Source of the DNA: Halarcobacter sp.
Lineage (GTDB): Bacteria > Campylobacterota > Campylobacteria > Campylobacterales > Arcobacteraceae
Assembly (NCBI GenBank): GCA_963676565.1
Contig: OY781089.1
Location: forward strand, 896,001 to 960,000
Length of the DNA stretch: 64,000 bases
Direction of reading: 5' to 3'
A program made the translations under genes and the position numbers. Numbering within the stretch: the first letter of the stretch is position 1; every line of letters starts with the position of its first letter. The notes under the pieces were generated by a model. It saw only the letters and a list, made by a program, of their open reading frames with translations. It made no database searches and was not told the origin of the DNA. This document shows positions 38,625 to 48,731 of the stretch, piece after piece.

Positions 38625-39533
38625 ATGATATATGAAAACTATCCAAGAGATTTAATTGGTTATTCAAATAAACCTATAAATCCAAAATGGCCTAACAATG
38701 CAAAAATAGCTTTACAGTTTGTTTTAAATTATGAAGAGGGCGGTGAAAACTGTATCTTACATGGTGATGAGGCTAGTGAGGTTTTTCTATCAGAAATGAA
38801 TAACCCACAAGCTTTTTATAATCAAAGACACAAATCTATAGAATCACTATATGAATATGGTTCTAGGGTTGGTGTTTGGAGATTACTAAAACTGTTTAAA
38901 GATTTTGATATCCCCGTAACGATTTTTGCAGTTGCTATGGCAATTGCAAGAAATCCAAAACTTGCTGAATATCTTGCACTTAACAACTATGACATCTGTT
39001 CTCACGGCTACAGATGGATTAACTATCAAACAATAGAAGAATCGATTGAAAGAGATCACTTATATAAAAGTATTGAAATATTAGAAAAAATGATTGGTAC
39101 GAGACCCCTTGGTTGGTACACAGGTCGTGATAGTGAAAATACTAGAAAACTTGTTGCCCAAGAGGGTGGATTTTTATATGATAGTGATGCTTACAACGAT
39201 GACTTACCTTACTTTTCCCATGAAATTACAGATAAAAAACATTTAGTGATTCCCTATACGATGGATACAAATGATATGAGATTTGTATTTGGTGGATTTA
39301 ACCATAGTGATGAATTTTTCAATTATCTAAAAGATAGTTTTGATTGTTTATATGAAGAGGGACAAACTAGTCCAAAAATGATGAATATAGGGATGCATTG
39401 TCGAATTTTAGGAAAGCCTGGAAGATTCCAAGCAATAAAAAGATTTTTAGAATATGTAAAACAATTTGATGATGTATGGTTTTGTAAAAGAATAGATATT
39501 GCTAATCATTGGCACAAAAATTTCAGTATATAG
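38625..39533 (+). CDS. puuE: Allantoinase PuuE (polysaccharide-deacetylase fold)
   Basis: YPRDLIGY, WP..A.IA.QFVLNYEEGGE, ES.YEYGSR.G.WR, SHG.RW, GWYTGR.S, PYT.D.NDMRF. Confidence 0.95.
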   Translation: MIYENYPRDLIGYSNKPINPKWPNNAKIALQFVLNYEEGGENCILHGDEASEVFLSEMNNPQAFYNQRHKSIESLYEYGSRVGVWRLLKLFKDFDIPVTIFAVAMAIARNPKLAEYLALNNYDICSHGYRWINYQTIEESIERDHLYKSIEILEKMIGTRPLGWYTGRDSENTRKLVAQEGGFLYDSDAYNDDLPYFSHEITDKKHLVIPYTMDTNDMRFVFGGFNHSDEFFNYLKDSFDCLYEEGQTSPKMMNIGMHCRILGKPGRFQAIKRFLEYVKQFDDVWFCKRIDIANHWHKNFSI

Positions 39534-39541
39534 AGGATTTA

Positions 39542-40558
39542 ATGAAAACAAATAATGAAGTGAATAATTTAACAAATGTATCAAGTATCGACCTTGGAGC
39601 AAATGTAATTTATACAACAGATGAATTTTTCGCTAGTGCAAATAGAATGTTAGCAGAAACAGAAGCTGTATTTAAAGATGAGTTTGATGACAATGGTCAC
39701 TGGATGGATGGTTGGGAAACTAGAAGAAGAAGAGATGGCGGAAATGACCATTGTATTATTAAACTTGGTGGCTTATCAAAAATCGAAACTTTTTTAGTTG
39801 ATACTTCACATTTTAGAGGTAACTATCCATTAGCAGTTTCAATAAAAGGATGTTGCGTAAAAGATATTGAAGATAAAGATTTTATTGATAAAAAAGATGA
39901 TTTTGAATGGCTTGAATTATTAGAACAAAGTAATTTACAAGGTGATTCAAAACAATATTTTGATTGTAAATCATATGATGAATTAACTCATTTAAGAGTA
40001 GATATTTATCCTGATGGTGGAATTGCTAGATTTAAAGCTTTTGGAACTTTATGTTTTGATGAGAAACTTTATGAAAAAGAGAATGTAAATGTAACATCTA
40101 TGAGTAATGGAGCTAGAGCAGTTTATGCAAATAATGAATTTTTTGGACCATTAAAAAATATCTTAAAAGATAATGTTGCAATTAACATGGGTGATGGATG
40201 GGAAACTAGAAGAAGAAGAGAACCTGGATTTGATTGGGGAATCATTGAGTTAGCACAACCTGCAATTATTGATAATATTATGGTTGATACAAACTTCTTC
40301 AAAGGAAATTTTGCAGATTCTTTTTCTATATGCGCCGCATATTTAGATGAAACAACTGACAGTGCAGTGGTTACTCAAAGTATGTTTTGGGAAGAGTTAG
40401 TTTCAAAGCAAAAACTACAAATGCATTCAAAACATGAGTTTGACAATTCATACATCTTACATAATAAACCAATAACACATATAAGAATTAATATTTATCC
40501 TGATGGTGGTATTTCAAGACTTAAAATGTTTGGAAAATTTGTAAAAAAAGAGAAATAA
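39542..40558 (+). CDS. alc: Allantoicase
   Basis: Two repeats with DGWETRRRR, VDT..F.GN, IYPDGG..R; start moved to ATG 39542 (SD GAGG). Confidence 0.95.
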   Translation: MKTNNEVNNLTNVSSIDLGANVIYTTDEFFASANRMLAETEAVFKDEFDDNGHWMDGWETRRRRDGGNDHCIIKLGGLSKIETFLVDTSHFRGNYPLAVSIKGCCVKDIEDKDFIDKKDDFEWLELLEQSNLQGDSKQYFDCKSYDELTHLRVDIYPDGGIARFKAFGTLCFDEKLYEKENVNVTSMSNGARAVYANNEFFGPLKNILKDNVAINMGDGWETRRRREPGFDWGIIELAQPAIIDNIMVDTNFFKGNFADSFSICAAYLDETTDSAVVTQSMFWEELVSKQKLQMHSKHEFDNSYILHNKPITHIRINIYPDGGISRLKMFGKFVKKEK

Positions 40559-40567
40559 AGAATTATT

Positions 40568-41086
40568 ATGAGTTTAGTTTTAAAACCAGAGTCTTTAACT
40601 AGTAAAAGTTTTAGTGAGTATGGAAAAGTTTTAAGTGTTGAAGAGACTCAATCAATAACTATAAATGATGGCTTTGCACAAAAACATTTTAATCTTTGCA
40701 ATATAGATGCAAATGACAAAGGTGGTGTTGCAACTGTTCACTTTTATATAGGGAAAAAAAGAGAATTTCCTTTATCCATAAATATGATGGAGAAACATCC
40801 TTGTTTTTCACAAACTTTTATACCAAGAAGTAACAATCCTTTTTTAGTGGTTGTTTCTTTAGGTGATGATAAACCAGATTTAAAAACACTTAAGGTTTTT
40901 AAAACAAATGGAAACCAAGGGGTTCACTATAAAAGAGGAATTTGGCATTTTCCTTTAATCTCGATTGAAGACAATGAACAATTCGTTGTAATTGACAGAA
41001 ATGATTTAGGAAAAAGTGAAAATAAATTGGATGACTGTATTGAAATAAATATTGATATGGAAATTAAAGTTTTAAAAGAGATGTAA
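40568..41086 (+). CDS. allA: Ureidoglycolate lyase (copy 2)
   Basis: MEKHP.FSQTFIPRS, TNG.QGVHY.RGIWHFPL; directly after alc. Confidence 0.9.
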   Translation: MSLVLKPESLTSKSFSEYGKVLSVEETQSITINDGFAQKHFNLCNIDANDKGGVATVHFYIGKKREFPLSINMMEKHPCFSQTFIPRSNNPFLVVVSLGDDKPDLKTLKVFKTNGNQGVHYKRGIWHFPLISIEDNEQFVVIDRNDLGKSENKLDDCIEINIDMEIKVLKEM

Positions 41087-41253
41087 TGAAAGTAAAAGTT
41101 AATAAATCTCCACCATAAAGATGACTTTTAAGCTCTCACAAAAAAGTCATACGGGCAATGTGATTATAAGAAAACAAACGTAAAAAGTTGTTTAAGAGAG
41201 CCGGTTATTTGGGAAATGTTTATAAATTTATTTAAATAAAAAGGGAAAATAAC

Positions 41254-42678
41254 ATGATTGAAAATATCAATAATGATTCTTTGGCTCCAACATCAAAGAG
41301 TGAAAAAAAATGGAAATGGTTTGAGGTGTCTAATATTTGGGCAAATGATATACAAAGTTTATTTGGATATACCCTTGTTGCATCACTTTTTATAAGTTAT
41401 CAAGTTACAGGATGGACTGCTTTTGCAGCACTTATAGTTGCAGGATTACTTGTAACTTTTTTAGTTAATATTTCAGGAAAAGCTGGTGTTGATTATGGAA
41501 TTCCATATCCAGTATTAGCAAGATCTAGTATGGGAATAAAAGGGGCAAAACTATCAGCAATTATTAGAGCAATTGTTGCAGTGTTTTGGTTTGGTGTTCA
41601 AACGTATTTTGCTTCAACTGCACTTCATCTTTTAATTACTGCCCTTACAGGTATAAAATTAGAAACAACATATTTAGGAATTGATGCTATTGGATGGTTA
41701 TCATTTTTTATTGTTTGGGTTCTTCAAATGGTTATTTTCTCAAAGGGTATGAACTGGGTTTCTAAGTTTTTAAATTTTGCTGCTCCTTTTGTTTATATAA
41801 TTATGATTGGTTTATTAGTTGTTTTATGGAGTAAATCAGGTGGTGAGTTATTTAGTGTGGCTAATAATATCTTCTCAAATGAACAATCAAGTTTAAGTAG
41901 TGAAGTTAATGGTTTTTTTGCAATTTTAGGGACAATGATTGCTTACTTTGCAGCTGTTATGATTAACTTTAGTGATTTTTCAAGATATGCAAAAGATAAT
42001 AAATCAATGGTAGTTGGAAACTTAGTTGGACTTCCTTTTAATATGGTATTTTTCTCTGCTTTAGCCCTTTTAATTACAGCTGGTTCAGTTGTTGTATTTG
42101 GTGAAAAACTTACAAATCCTATGGATATTGTTGAAAGAGCTGATAGTACAATTTTGAGTTTAATTGCTGCAATTACATTCTTTACTGCAACAGTTGGAAT
42201 TAATTTAGTAGCAAACTTTATCCCTGCTGTTAATGGTATTTCAAATTTAGCACCAAAAAAACTGTCATTTAAAAAATCAGGGCTTATTACCTCTTTCTTT
42301 GCACTTATTATTGGTGGGTTTTGGGTAAGCTTTATTAGTCAAGTTGGTATTAGTCCAATTGTTAATACTCTAGGTGCTACATTAGCTCCATTGTATGGAA
42401 TTTTAGTAATTGATTACTTTTTAGTTAAAAAACAAACTTTAGATATAGACTCTTTATATGATGAATCACAAAATAGTGAGTATTTTTATGAAAATGGATG
42501 GAATAGTAGTTCAATTATCGCTTTTATAATAGGTGCAACATTTTCTATTTGTACTGTATGGATTGAATCTTTAAGTTCATTAAATGGATATGGATGGATA
42601 ATTGGAGCAATCTTAGGAGCAATAGTGCATTTAGTTTTATCAAAAAAAGCAACACAAAATCAATTAGCATTTAATTAA
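41254..42678 (+). CDS. NCS1-family nucleobase:cation symporter (probable allantoin/ureide permease)
   Basis: W.NDI.SL.GY, GIPYPV..R.S.G..GA, WFG.QT, NFSDFSRY, INLVANF. Confidence 0.9.
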   Translation: MIENINNDSLAPTSKSEKKWKWFEVSNIWANDIQSLFGYTLVASLFISYQVTGWTAFAALIVAGLLVTFLVNISGKAGVDYGIPYPVLARSSMGIKGAKLSAIIRAIVAVFWFGVQTYFASTALHLLITALTGIKLETTYLGIDAIGWLSFFIVWVLQMVIFSKGMNWVSKFLNFAAPFVYIIMIGLLVVLWSKSGGELFSVANNIFSNEQSSLSSEVNGFFAILGTMIAYFAAVMINFSDFSRYAKDNKSMVVGNLVGLPFNMVFFSALALLITAGSVVVFGEKLTNPMDIVERADSTILSLIAAITFFTATVGINLVANFIPAVNGISNLAPKKLSFKKSGLITSFFALIIGGFWVSFISQVGISPIVNTLGATLAPLYGILVIDYFLVKKQTLDIDSLYDESQNSEYFYENGWNSSSIIAFIIGATFSICTVWIESLSSLNGYGWIIGAILGAIVHLVLSKKATQNQLAFN

Positions 42679-42688
42679 AAGAGGAAAA

Positions 42689-44863
42689 ATGGGAAATAAA
42701 ATTTTACAAGGAAGTTTAAAAGTAGATGAGTCTTTATTTAATTTAGTTAATGAAGAGATTTTACCAACGACAACTATTTCAAAAGAGAGTTTTTGGAATA
42801 GTTTTGAAAATATTATTGAAGAATTATCACGGGAAAACAAAAATTTATTAGAAAAAAGAGATACCCTACAATCTTTAATTGATTCGTGGCATCAAAATAA
42901 TAAATATGATGCCAACAATTTGCTTGAATATAAAAATTTTTTAAAACAAATTGGCTATTTAATTGAATCAGATGAGAGTTTTAAAGTTGAAACTTCAAAT
43001 GTAGATGAAGAAATAGCTATTCAAGCAGGTCCTCAACTTGTGGTTCCTGTTAAAAATGCTAGGTTTGCATTAAATGCAGCAAATGCTAGATGGGGAAGTT
43101 TATATGATGCCTTATATGGAACTGATGTTATCCCAAAAGAGGGTGATTTAGCACCAACAAAAGAGTATAACATCAAAAGAGGTGAGGCAGTTGTTTCCTA
43201 TGCAAAAAAGTTTTTAGATGAATCAGTACCATTAGAAAATGGCTCATTTAAAGATGTAAAAGGGTTTAAAATTGATGGAAATATTCTTCAATTTATTTTA
43301 ACTGATAACTCATCTACAAGTTTAAAAAATAAAGAAAAGTTTCTTGGATATATAGCAGATAAAGCAAATCCTAAAGCATTGATTTTTAAAAACAATAATT
43401 TACATATTCAGATTTTATTAGATAAAGAAAGCTTCATAGGAAAGCTTGATATTGCTGGAATAAAAGATATAGTTTTAGAATCAGCAGTTTCAACGATTAT
43501 GGATTGTGAAGATTCAATTGCAGCAGTGGATGCTCTAGATAAAGTTGAAGTTTATAGAAATTGGTTTGGTCTTATGAAAGGTGATTTAGAAGAAAGTTTT
43601 ACTAAAGGTGATAAAACAATCACAAGAAAATTAAATGATGATATTGTTTATAAATCTTTAGATGGGGAAGAAAAAATCTTACATGGAAGAAGTTTATTAT
43701 TTGTAAGAAATGTAGGACATCTTATGACAAACCCTGCAATTTTAGATAAAAATGATGAAGAGGTTTTTGAAGGAATTATGGACTGTATGATGACAGTTTT
43801 ATGTTCACTTGTTGATATTGAACAAAAAAATTCTAAATCAAATTCTAGAGAAAAAAGTGTTTATATTGTAAAACCAAAAATGCATGGTCCAGCAGAAGTT
43901 GCCTTTACTGTTAAACTTTTTGAAAAGGTAGAAAAAGCCTTAAATATTCCAGAAAATACAATTAAAATTGGAATTATGGATGAAGAAAGAAGAACAACTA
44001 TAAATTTAAAAGAGTGTATAAAACAAGCAAAACAAAGAGTGGTTTTTATCAATACTGGATTTTTAGATAGAACAGGTGATGAGATTCACACTTCTATGTT
44101 AGCAGGGGCGTTTGTTGCTAAAACAAAGATGAAGGAACAAACTTGGATAAAAGCATATGAGAGTTGGAATGTTGATATTGGTTTAGAGTGTGGTTTACAA
44201 GGTAAAGCTCAAATTGGTAAAGGGATGTGGGCAATGCCAGATGAAATGGCAAAAATGATGACTGAAAAAATATCTCATCCAAAATCAGGGGCAAATACAG
44301 CTTGGGTTCCCTCTCCAACAGCAGCAGTTTTACATGCTATGCATTATCATAAAATAAATGTTTTTGAGGTTCAAAATGAACTAAAAAATAAAAAAAGAGC
44401 ATCAATTGATGATCTTTTAACACTTGCACTTATGGATGAAAATGAAATTATAAGTAAAGATGAAATAAAAAAAGAGCTTGATAACAATGCTCAAAGTATT
44501 TTAGGATATGTTGTAAGATGGGTTGATGCAGGAATTGGATGTTCAAAAGTTCCTGATATCAATAATATTGCACTTATGGAAGATAGGGCAACCCTTAGAA
44601 TCTCATCTCAACATTTGGCAAATTGGATTGAACATGGTATTTGCTCTAAAGAAGAGGTTATGGATTCTTTAAAAAATATGGCAGTTGTTGTTGATAAACA
44701 AAATGAAAATGACCCTACATATATAAATATGGCACCTTTATATGATGGCTTTGCCTTTAAAGCTGCTTGTGATTTAGTGTTTAAAGGAAAGGCTCAACCA
44801 TCAGGTTATACAGAACCATTATTACATAAATATAGACAGGAGTTTAAGCAAAATAACTTATAA
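42689..44863 (+). CDS. glcB: Malate synthase G
   Basis: AGPQLVVP..NARFALNAANARWGSLYDALYG, IMDCEDS, RNVGHLM, VKPKMHGP, FINTGFLDRTGDEIH, MEDRATLRISSQ. Confidence 0.97.
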   Translation: MGNKILQGSLKVDESLFNLVNEEILPTTTISKESFWNSFENIIEELSRENKNLLEKRDTLQSLIDSWHQNNKYDANNLLEYKNFLKQIGYLIESDESFKVETSNVDEEIAIQAGPQLVVPVKNARFALNAANARWGSLYDALYGTDVIPKEGDLAPTKEYNIKRGEAVVSYAKKFLDESVPLENGSFKDVKGFKIDGNILQFILTDNSSTSLKNKEKFLGYIADKANPKALIFKNNNLHIQILLDKESFIGKLDIAGIKDIVLESAVSTIMDCEDSIAAVDALDKVEVYRNWFGLMKGDLEESFTKGDKTITRKLNDDIVYKSLDGEEKILHGRSLLFVRNVGHLMTNPAILDKNDEEVFEGIMDCMMTVLCSLVDIEQKNSKSNSREKSVYIVKPKMHGPAEVAFTVKLFEKVEKALNIPENTIKIGIMDEERRTTINLKECIKQAKQRVVFINTGFLDRTGDEIHTSMLAGAFVAKTKMKEQTWIKAYESWNVDIGLECGLQGKAQIGKGMWAMPDEMAKMMTEKISHPKSGANTAWVPSPTAAVLHAMHYHKINVFEVQNELKNKKRASIDDLLTLALMDENEIISKDEIKKELDNNAQSILGYVVRWVDAGIGCSKVPDINNIALMEDRATLRISSQHLANWIEHGICSKEEVMDSLKNMAVVVDKQNENDPTYINMAPLYDGFAFKAACDLVFKGKAQPSGYTEPLLHKYRQEFKQNNL

Positions 44864-44946
44864 AACTGCTTATAAAATAAACAATTGTAAATATAGTAAA
44901 CTATATTTTTTAGATAAAATATCATACAAAACAAAGGGGGTATTGG

Positions 44947-45630
44947 ATGTTTTTAACAAATCGTGAACAAGAAAAATTGATGATTTATACAGCGTCAAAG
45001 CTTGCACTTGAAAGAAAAGAAAAGGGATTAAAACTAAATTTCCCAGAAGCAAATGCGATTATAAGTTCTTTTATACTTGAAGGAGCTAGAGAGGGTAAAA
45101 GTGTTGCTCAACTTATGGTAGATGCTACAAAAGTTTTAAAGGCAGATGATGTTATGCCTGGTGTTGCTTCTATGATGCATATGGTTCAAACAGAAGCTAC
45201 TTTTGATGATGGTACAAAACTTGTTACAGTTCACAATCCAATACCTGTAAATCAAACTGAGATAACTCCTGGTGAATATTTTATTGATGAGGGTGAAATT
45301 GAATTAAATGAAGGTAGTGAAGTTACTACAATAGAAGTTGAAAATGTAGGAGATAGACCTATTCAAGTGGGTTCTCATTATCACTTCTTTGAAACAAATG
45401 CCTTTTTAGATTTTAATAGAGAATTAGCTTATGGTCAAAGATTAAATATCCCAAGTGGTACTTCTGTTAGATTTGAACCAGGTAGTAAAAAACAGATTGA
45501 AGTAGTTCCATTTAAAGGGAAAAGATATATAGCAGGATTTAATGGTTTAGTAAATGGTTATTTAGATGAAAAAGAGACAAAAGAAAAAGCAATGAAGAAT
45601 TTAGAAACATTTATTGGAGAGAGATCATGA
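44947..45630 (+). CDS. ureAB: Urease fused gamma/beta subunit
   Basis: [24 protein letters not shown] (gamma) fused to [23 protein letters not shown] (beta). Confidence 0.96.
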   Translation: MFLTNREQEKLMIYTASKLALERKEKGLKLNFPEANAIISSFILEGAREGKSVAQLMVDATKVLKADDVMPGVASMMHMVQTEATFDDGTKLVTVHNPIPVNQTEITPGEYFIDEGEIELNEGSEVTTIEVENVGDRPIQVGSHYHFFETNAFLDFNRELAYGQRLNIPSGTSVRFEPGSKKQIEVVPFKGKRYIAGFNGLVNGYLDEKETKEKAMKNLETFIGERS

Positions 45631-47330
45631 AGATAAGTAAATCAAAATATGCATATATGTATGGACCAACAACAAATGATAGATTTAGACTTGCAGACAC
45701 CTCTTTAATTGCAAAAATTGAAAAAGATTATACAACATATGGAGAAGAGTCAAAATTTGGTGGTGGTAAAACTATTAGAGATGGAATGAGTCAATCTCCA
45801 TTAGCTGTTGAAACTGCTGATTTGATTATTACAAATGCTGTTATTATTGATTATACAGGTATTTATAAAGCTGATATAGGTATCAAAGATGGAAAAATTT
45901 CAGCTATTGGAAAATCGGGTAATCCATACAATTGTGATGGTATAACTGAAGGCTTAGAGATAGGTGCAAATACAGAAATACTTTCAGCTGAGGGAAAAAT
46001 TATAACTGCTGGTGGGATAGATTCACATATTCATTTTATAAGTCCTGGTCAAATTGATGAAGCACTAGCAAGTGGAGTTACTACTATGATTGGTGGGGGA
46101 ACAGGACCAAACACAGGAACAAACGCTACAACTTGTACTCCAGGTGAGTTTAATATTCAAAAGATGATTGAATCTGTAGATGATTTACCATTAAACTTTG
46201 GATTTATGGGAAAAGGAAATAGTTCAAATTATGATGCTTTAAAACATCAAATTGAAGCTGGTGCCATGGGATTAAAACTTCATGAAGATTGGGGAACAAC
46301 TCCAAATGCCATTGATACATGTTTAAAAGTTGCAGATGATTTTGATGTTCAAGTTGCTATTCATACAGATACTTTAAATGAATCAGGATTTGTAGATAAT
46401 ACAGTAAATGCTTTTGCTGGAAGAACAATTCACACTTTCCATAGTGAAGGAGCTGGAGGTGGTCATGCCCCTGATATTATGAAAGTAGCTGGTTTAGAAA
46501 ATATCTTACCATCAAGTACAAATCCAACTTTACCATATACAAAAAATACAATAGAAGAACACCTTGATATGCTTATGGTTTGTCACCATTTAAGTCCAAA
46601 AATTCCTGAAGATGTGAGTTTCGCAGAAAGTAGAATTAGAGGTAATACAATTGCCGCAGAAGATGTTTTACATGATATTGGAGCAATTTCAATTACAAGT
46701 TCAGATTCACAAGCTATGGGAAGAGTAGGAGAAGTGGTTACAAGAACTTGGCAAGTAGCAGATTCTATGAAAAAACAAAGGGGCGCTTTAGAAGGTGATG
46801 ATTCTTTAAGTGATAATGAGAGAATTAAAAGATATGTTGCAAAATATACTATAAACCCTGCTATTGCTTGTGGTATTGATGAACATGTTGGAAGTGTTGA
46901 AGTTGGTAAAATGGCAGATTTAGTTCTTTGGACACCTGCATTTTTTGGAGTTAAACCAGAACTTATCATAAAAGGTGGATTTATTGCTTTAGCTATGATG
47001 GGTGATTCAAATGCATCTATTCCAACACCTGAACCAAATGTTTATAGACCTATGTTTGGAAGTTTAGGGAAAGCCGCAGCTAACACAAGTGCAATGTTTG
47101 TATCCCATTTAGCAATTGATAGAGGACTTGAAGAAAAGCTTGATACAAAAAAAGTGATGCTTCCTGTTAAAAACACAAGAAATATTGGTAAAAAAGATAT
47201 GAAGTTAAATGATTTTATCGGGGATATTCAAGTTGACCCTGAAACATATGATGTAACAGTAAATGGTGAAACTATAACTTCAAGTTACCAAGAAGAATTG
47301 CCAATGGCAAAAAAATACTTCTTGTTTTAG
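45627..47330 (+). CDS. ureC: Urease alpha (catalytic) subunit
   Basis: [51 protein letters not shown]. Confidence 0.98.
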   Translation: MKISKSKYAYMYGPTTNDRFRLADTSLIAKIEKDYTTYGEESKFGGGKTIRDGMSQSPLAVETADLIITNAVIIDYTGIYKADIGIKDGKISAIGKSGNPYNCDGITEGLEIGANTEILSAEGKIITAGGIDSHIHFISPGQIDEALASGVTTMIGGGTGPNTGTNATTCTPGEFNIQKMIESVDDLPLNFGFMGKGNSSNYDALKHQIEAGAMGLKLHEDWGTTPNAIDTCLKVADDFDVQVAIHTDTLNESGFVDNTVNAFAGRTIHTFHSEGAGGGHAPDIMKVAGLENILPSSTNPTLPYTKNTIEEHLDMLMVCHHLSPKIPEDVSFAESRIRGNTIAAEDVLHDIGAISITSSDSQAMGRVGEVVTRTWQVADSMKKQRGALEGDDSLSDNERIKRYVAKYTINPAIACGIDEHVGSVEVGKMADLVLWTPAFFGVKPELIIKGGFIALAMMGDSNASIPTPEPNVYRPMFGSLGKAAANTSAMFVSHLAIDRGLEEKLDTKKVMLPVKNTRNIGKKDMKLNDFIGDIQVDPETYDVTVNGETITSSYQEELPMAKKYFLF

Positions 47331-47341
47331 GAATAAATATT

Positions 47342-47776
47342 ATGATTTGTAAAGTAACAGAAATTATTAGAGATGTAGAAGCAGATGATGAGGTACTACT
47401 AGATTGGTTTGATATGCAAAAACCGAATCTATGTGCAATAAGTAAAAATGGTTTAGAGTTTATTGTTAAAGCAAAATATACTCATCTTCATGAAAATGAT
47501 ATTTTAGTTTGTGAAGATGGGCATAAAATAAAAATCTCTAAATCAGAAGATGAGATTTATACTTTAACATTTTCTGACCATATCACTTTTGCAAGAATTG
47601 CATATGAGATAGGAAATAGGCATCAGCCAGTTTGTATAGAGGATTACAAAATCACAATTTTAGAAGATATCTCAACCCAAGATATTATTAAAGCGTGTGA
47701 ATCTATTGATAAAGTAGAAGTAAAAAAACATAGGGGTATTTTTAAACCAAATGGTAATGCACACCACAGTCACTAA
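47342..47776 (+). CDS. ureE: Urease accessory Ni chaperone UreE
   Basis: AYEIGNRH.P motif, short His tail AHHSH. Confidence 0.88.
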   Translation: MICKVTEIIRDVEADDEVLLDWFDMQKPNLCAISKNGLEFIVKAKYTHLHENDILVCEDGHKIKISKSEDEIYTLTFSDHITFARIAYEIGNRHQPVCIEDYKITILEDISTQDIIKACESIDKVEVKKHRGIFKPNGNAHHSH

Positions 47777-48458
47777 TAGTAAAAATCAAGCAAGAGCTTT
47801 AAGTAGATTTTTACAACTTCTAGATGGAGTTTTCCCCTCTGGAGCATTTGTTCATTCCTTTGGACTAGAACCTCATATTGTTTTAGATTTTGTAAATGAT
47901 AAAGAATCTTTAAAGCAATATCTAGAAAATATAGTAATAGATCAATATCAAAATCTAGAGTTTGTAGCTGTAAAAAAAGCATATAAACTATTAGAAGAAG
48001 ATAGATTAAATCATTTAGTAAAAGAGGATGAAAAATTTTCTTCAATGCTTAGTTTTGAATATGCTAAAGCTTCAAAAGATTTAGGTGAAAACTATTTAAA
48101 GCATATAAATTTTGATATAAAAGAAAAGATTGTTCAAGAGTATTTTGAATTTGTAAAAAATAAAAAAAGTTTTGGGAATGAACTTTTCATTTTAAGTGCG
48201 TATGCTTATGAATTGGGACTTGAATGTGATACATTTTTACTTTTCTGGACAAAAAAGGCTTTGATAAATATAGCAAGTGCTAGTTTAAAAATATCTAGGA
48301 TTAAACCAACTGAAATACAACAGATTTTGTTTTGGTTTGATGAGGTTTTAGAAGAGAAAATTAGTTCAAGTTCAAAGAACATAAGTAACTTCAATCCTTT
48401 ATTTGAAGAAGTTATCTTTAGTCACTTAAATCTTGAACCAAAAATGTTTGCAACATAG
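47751..48458 (+). CDS. ureF: Urease accessory protein UreF
   Basis: LQL.D..FP.GAF.HSFGLE; C-terminal H......MF.T. Confidence 0.9.
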   Translation: MVMHTTVTNSKNQARALSRFLQLLDGVFPSGAFVHSFGLEPHIVLDFVNDKESLKQYLENIVIDQYQNLEFVAVKKAYKLLEEDRLNHLVKEDEKFSSMLSFEYAKASKDLGENYLKHINFDIKEKIVQEYFEFVKNKKSFGNELFILSAYAYELGLECDTFLLFWTKKALINIASASLKISRIKPTEIQQILFWFDEVLEEKISSSSKNISNFNPLFEEVIFSHLNLEPKMFAT

Positions 48459-48561
48459 GATAATTGTCTTTTTACACAATTTCTTCGTTAAAAGTTCATT
48501 CATTTACAGTAGTAAACTTCATAAACTTTTGCCTTGAACTTGCACAAAAAATTCAATTATC
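48459..48561. repeat. ~100-bp imperfect palindrome (REP/MITE-like element)
   Basis: GATAATTG...CAATTATC termini, nested AAAAGTT/AACTTTT and TTTAC/GTAAA arms. Confidence 0.6.
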
Positions 48562-48640
48562 AAGTTTTTTGAAGAGAAGTATTTGGTATTTTTTTAGATA
48601 GAAAGAAAATTTATATTAACTACATAAGAAAACCTCTGCA

Positions 48641-48680
48641 ATGGTAGGGTAAAAATCTTTGATTTTTGGGCACCCACCAT
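48641..48680. repeat. GC-rich REP-like hairpin
   Basis: ATGGTAGGGT-AAAAATC-ttt-GATTTTT-gggc-ACCCACCAT. Confidence 0.5.
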
Positions 48681-48731
48681 GAAGCCGTTTTCATTGTGGT
48701 TGATATAAGTTTTTACAGGATAGGAAATTTT

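Noticed and set aside
39700..40225. Near-identical DNA repeat GATGG.TGGGAAACTAGAAGAAGAAGAGA occurring twice
   Set aside because: Encodes DGWETRRRR in the two known internal repeats of allantoicase
41095..41215. ZTP (pfl) or guanine riboswitch
   Set aside because: GCCG..TGGG and CGTAAA fragments are reminiscent, but the conserved cores (GACTGRCG; TTTCTAC) are absent
23998..44946. Target-site duplication flanking the allantoin block
   Set aside because: Only short AT-rich matches (e.g. AAACAAT) at the two ends; not distinguishable from background
44947..45630. Fused urease gamma/beta subunit as a novelty
   Set aside because: Known arrangement in Helicobacter and other Campylobacterota
48666..48731. 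N-terminal extension of UreG (MGTHHEAV...) from the ORF track
   Set aside because: TTG start lies within the hairpin element; ATG 48732 has a good SD and matches normal UreG length
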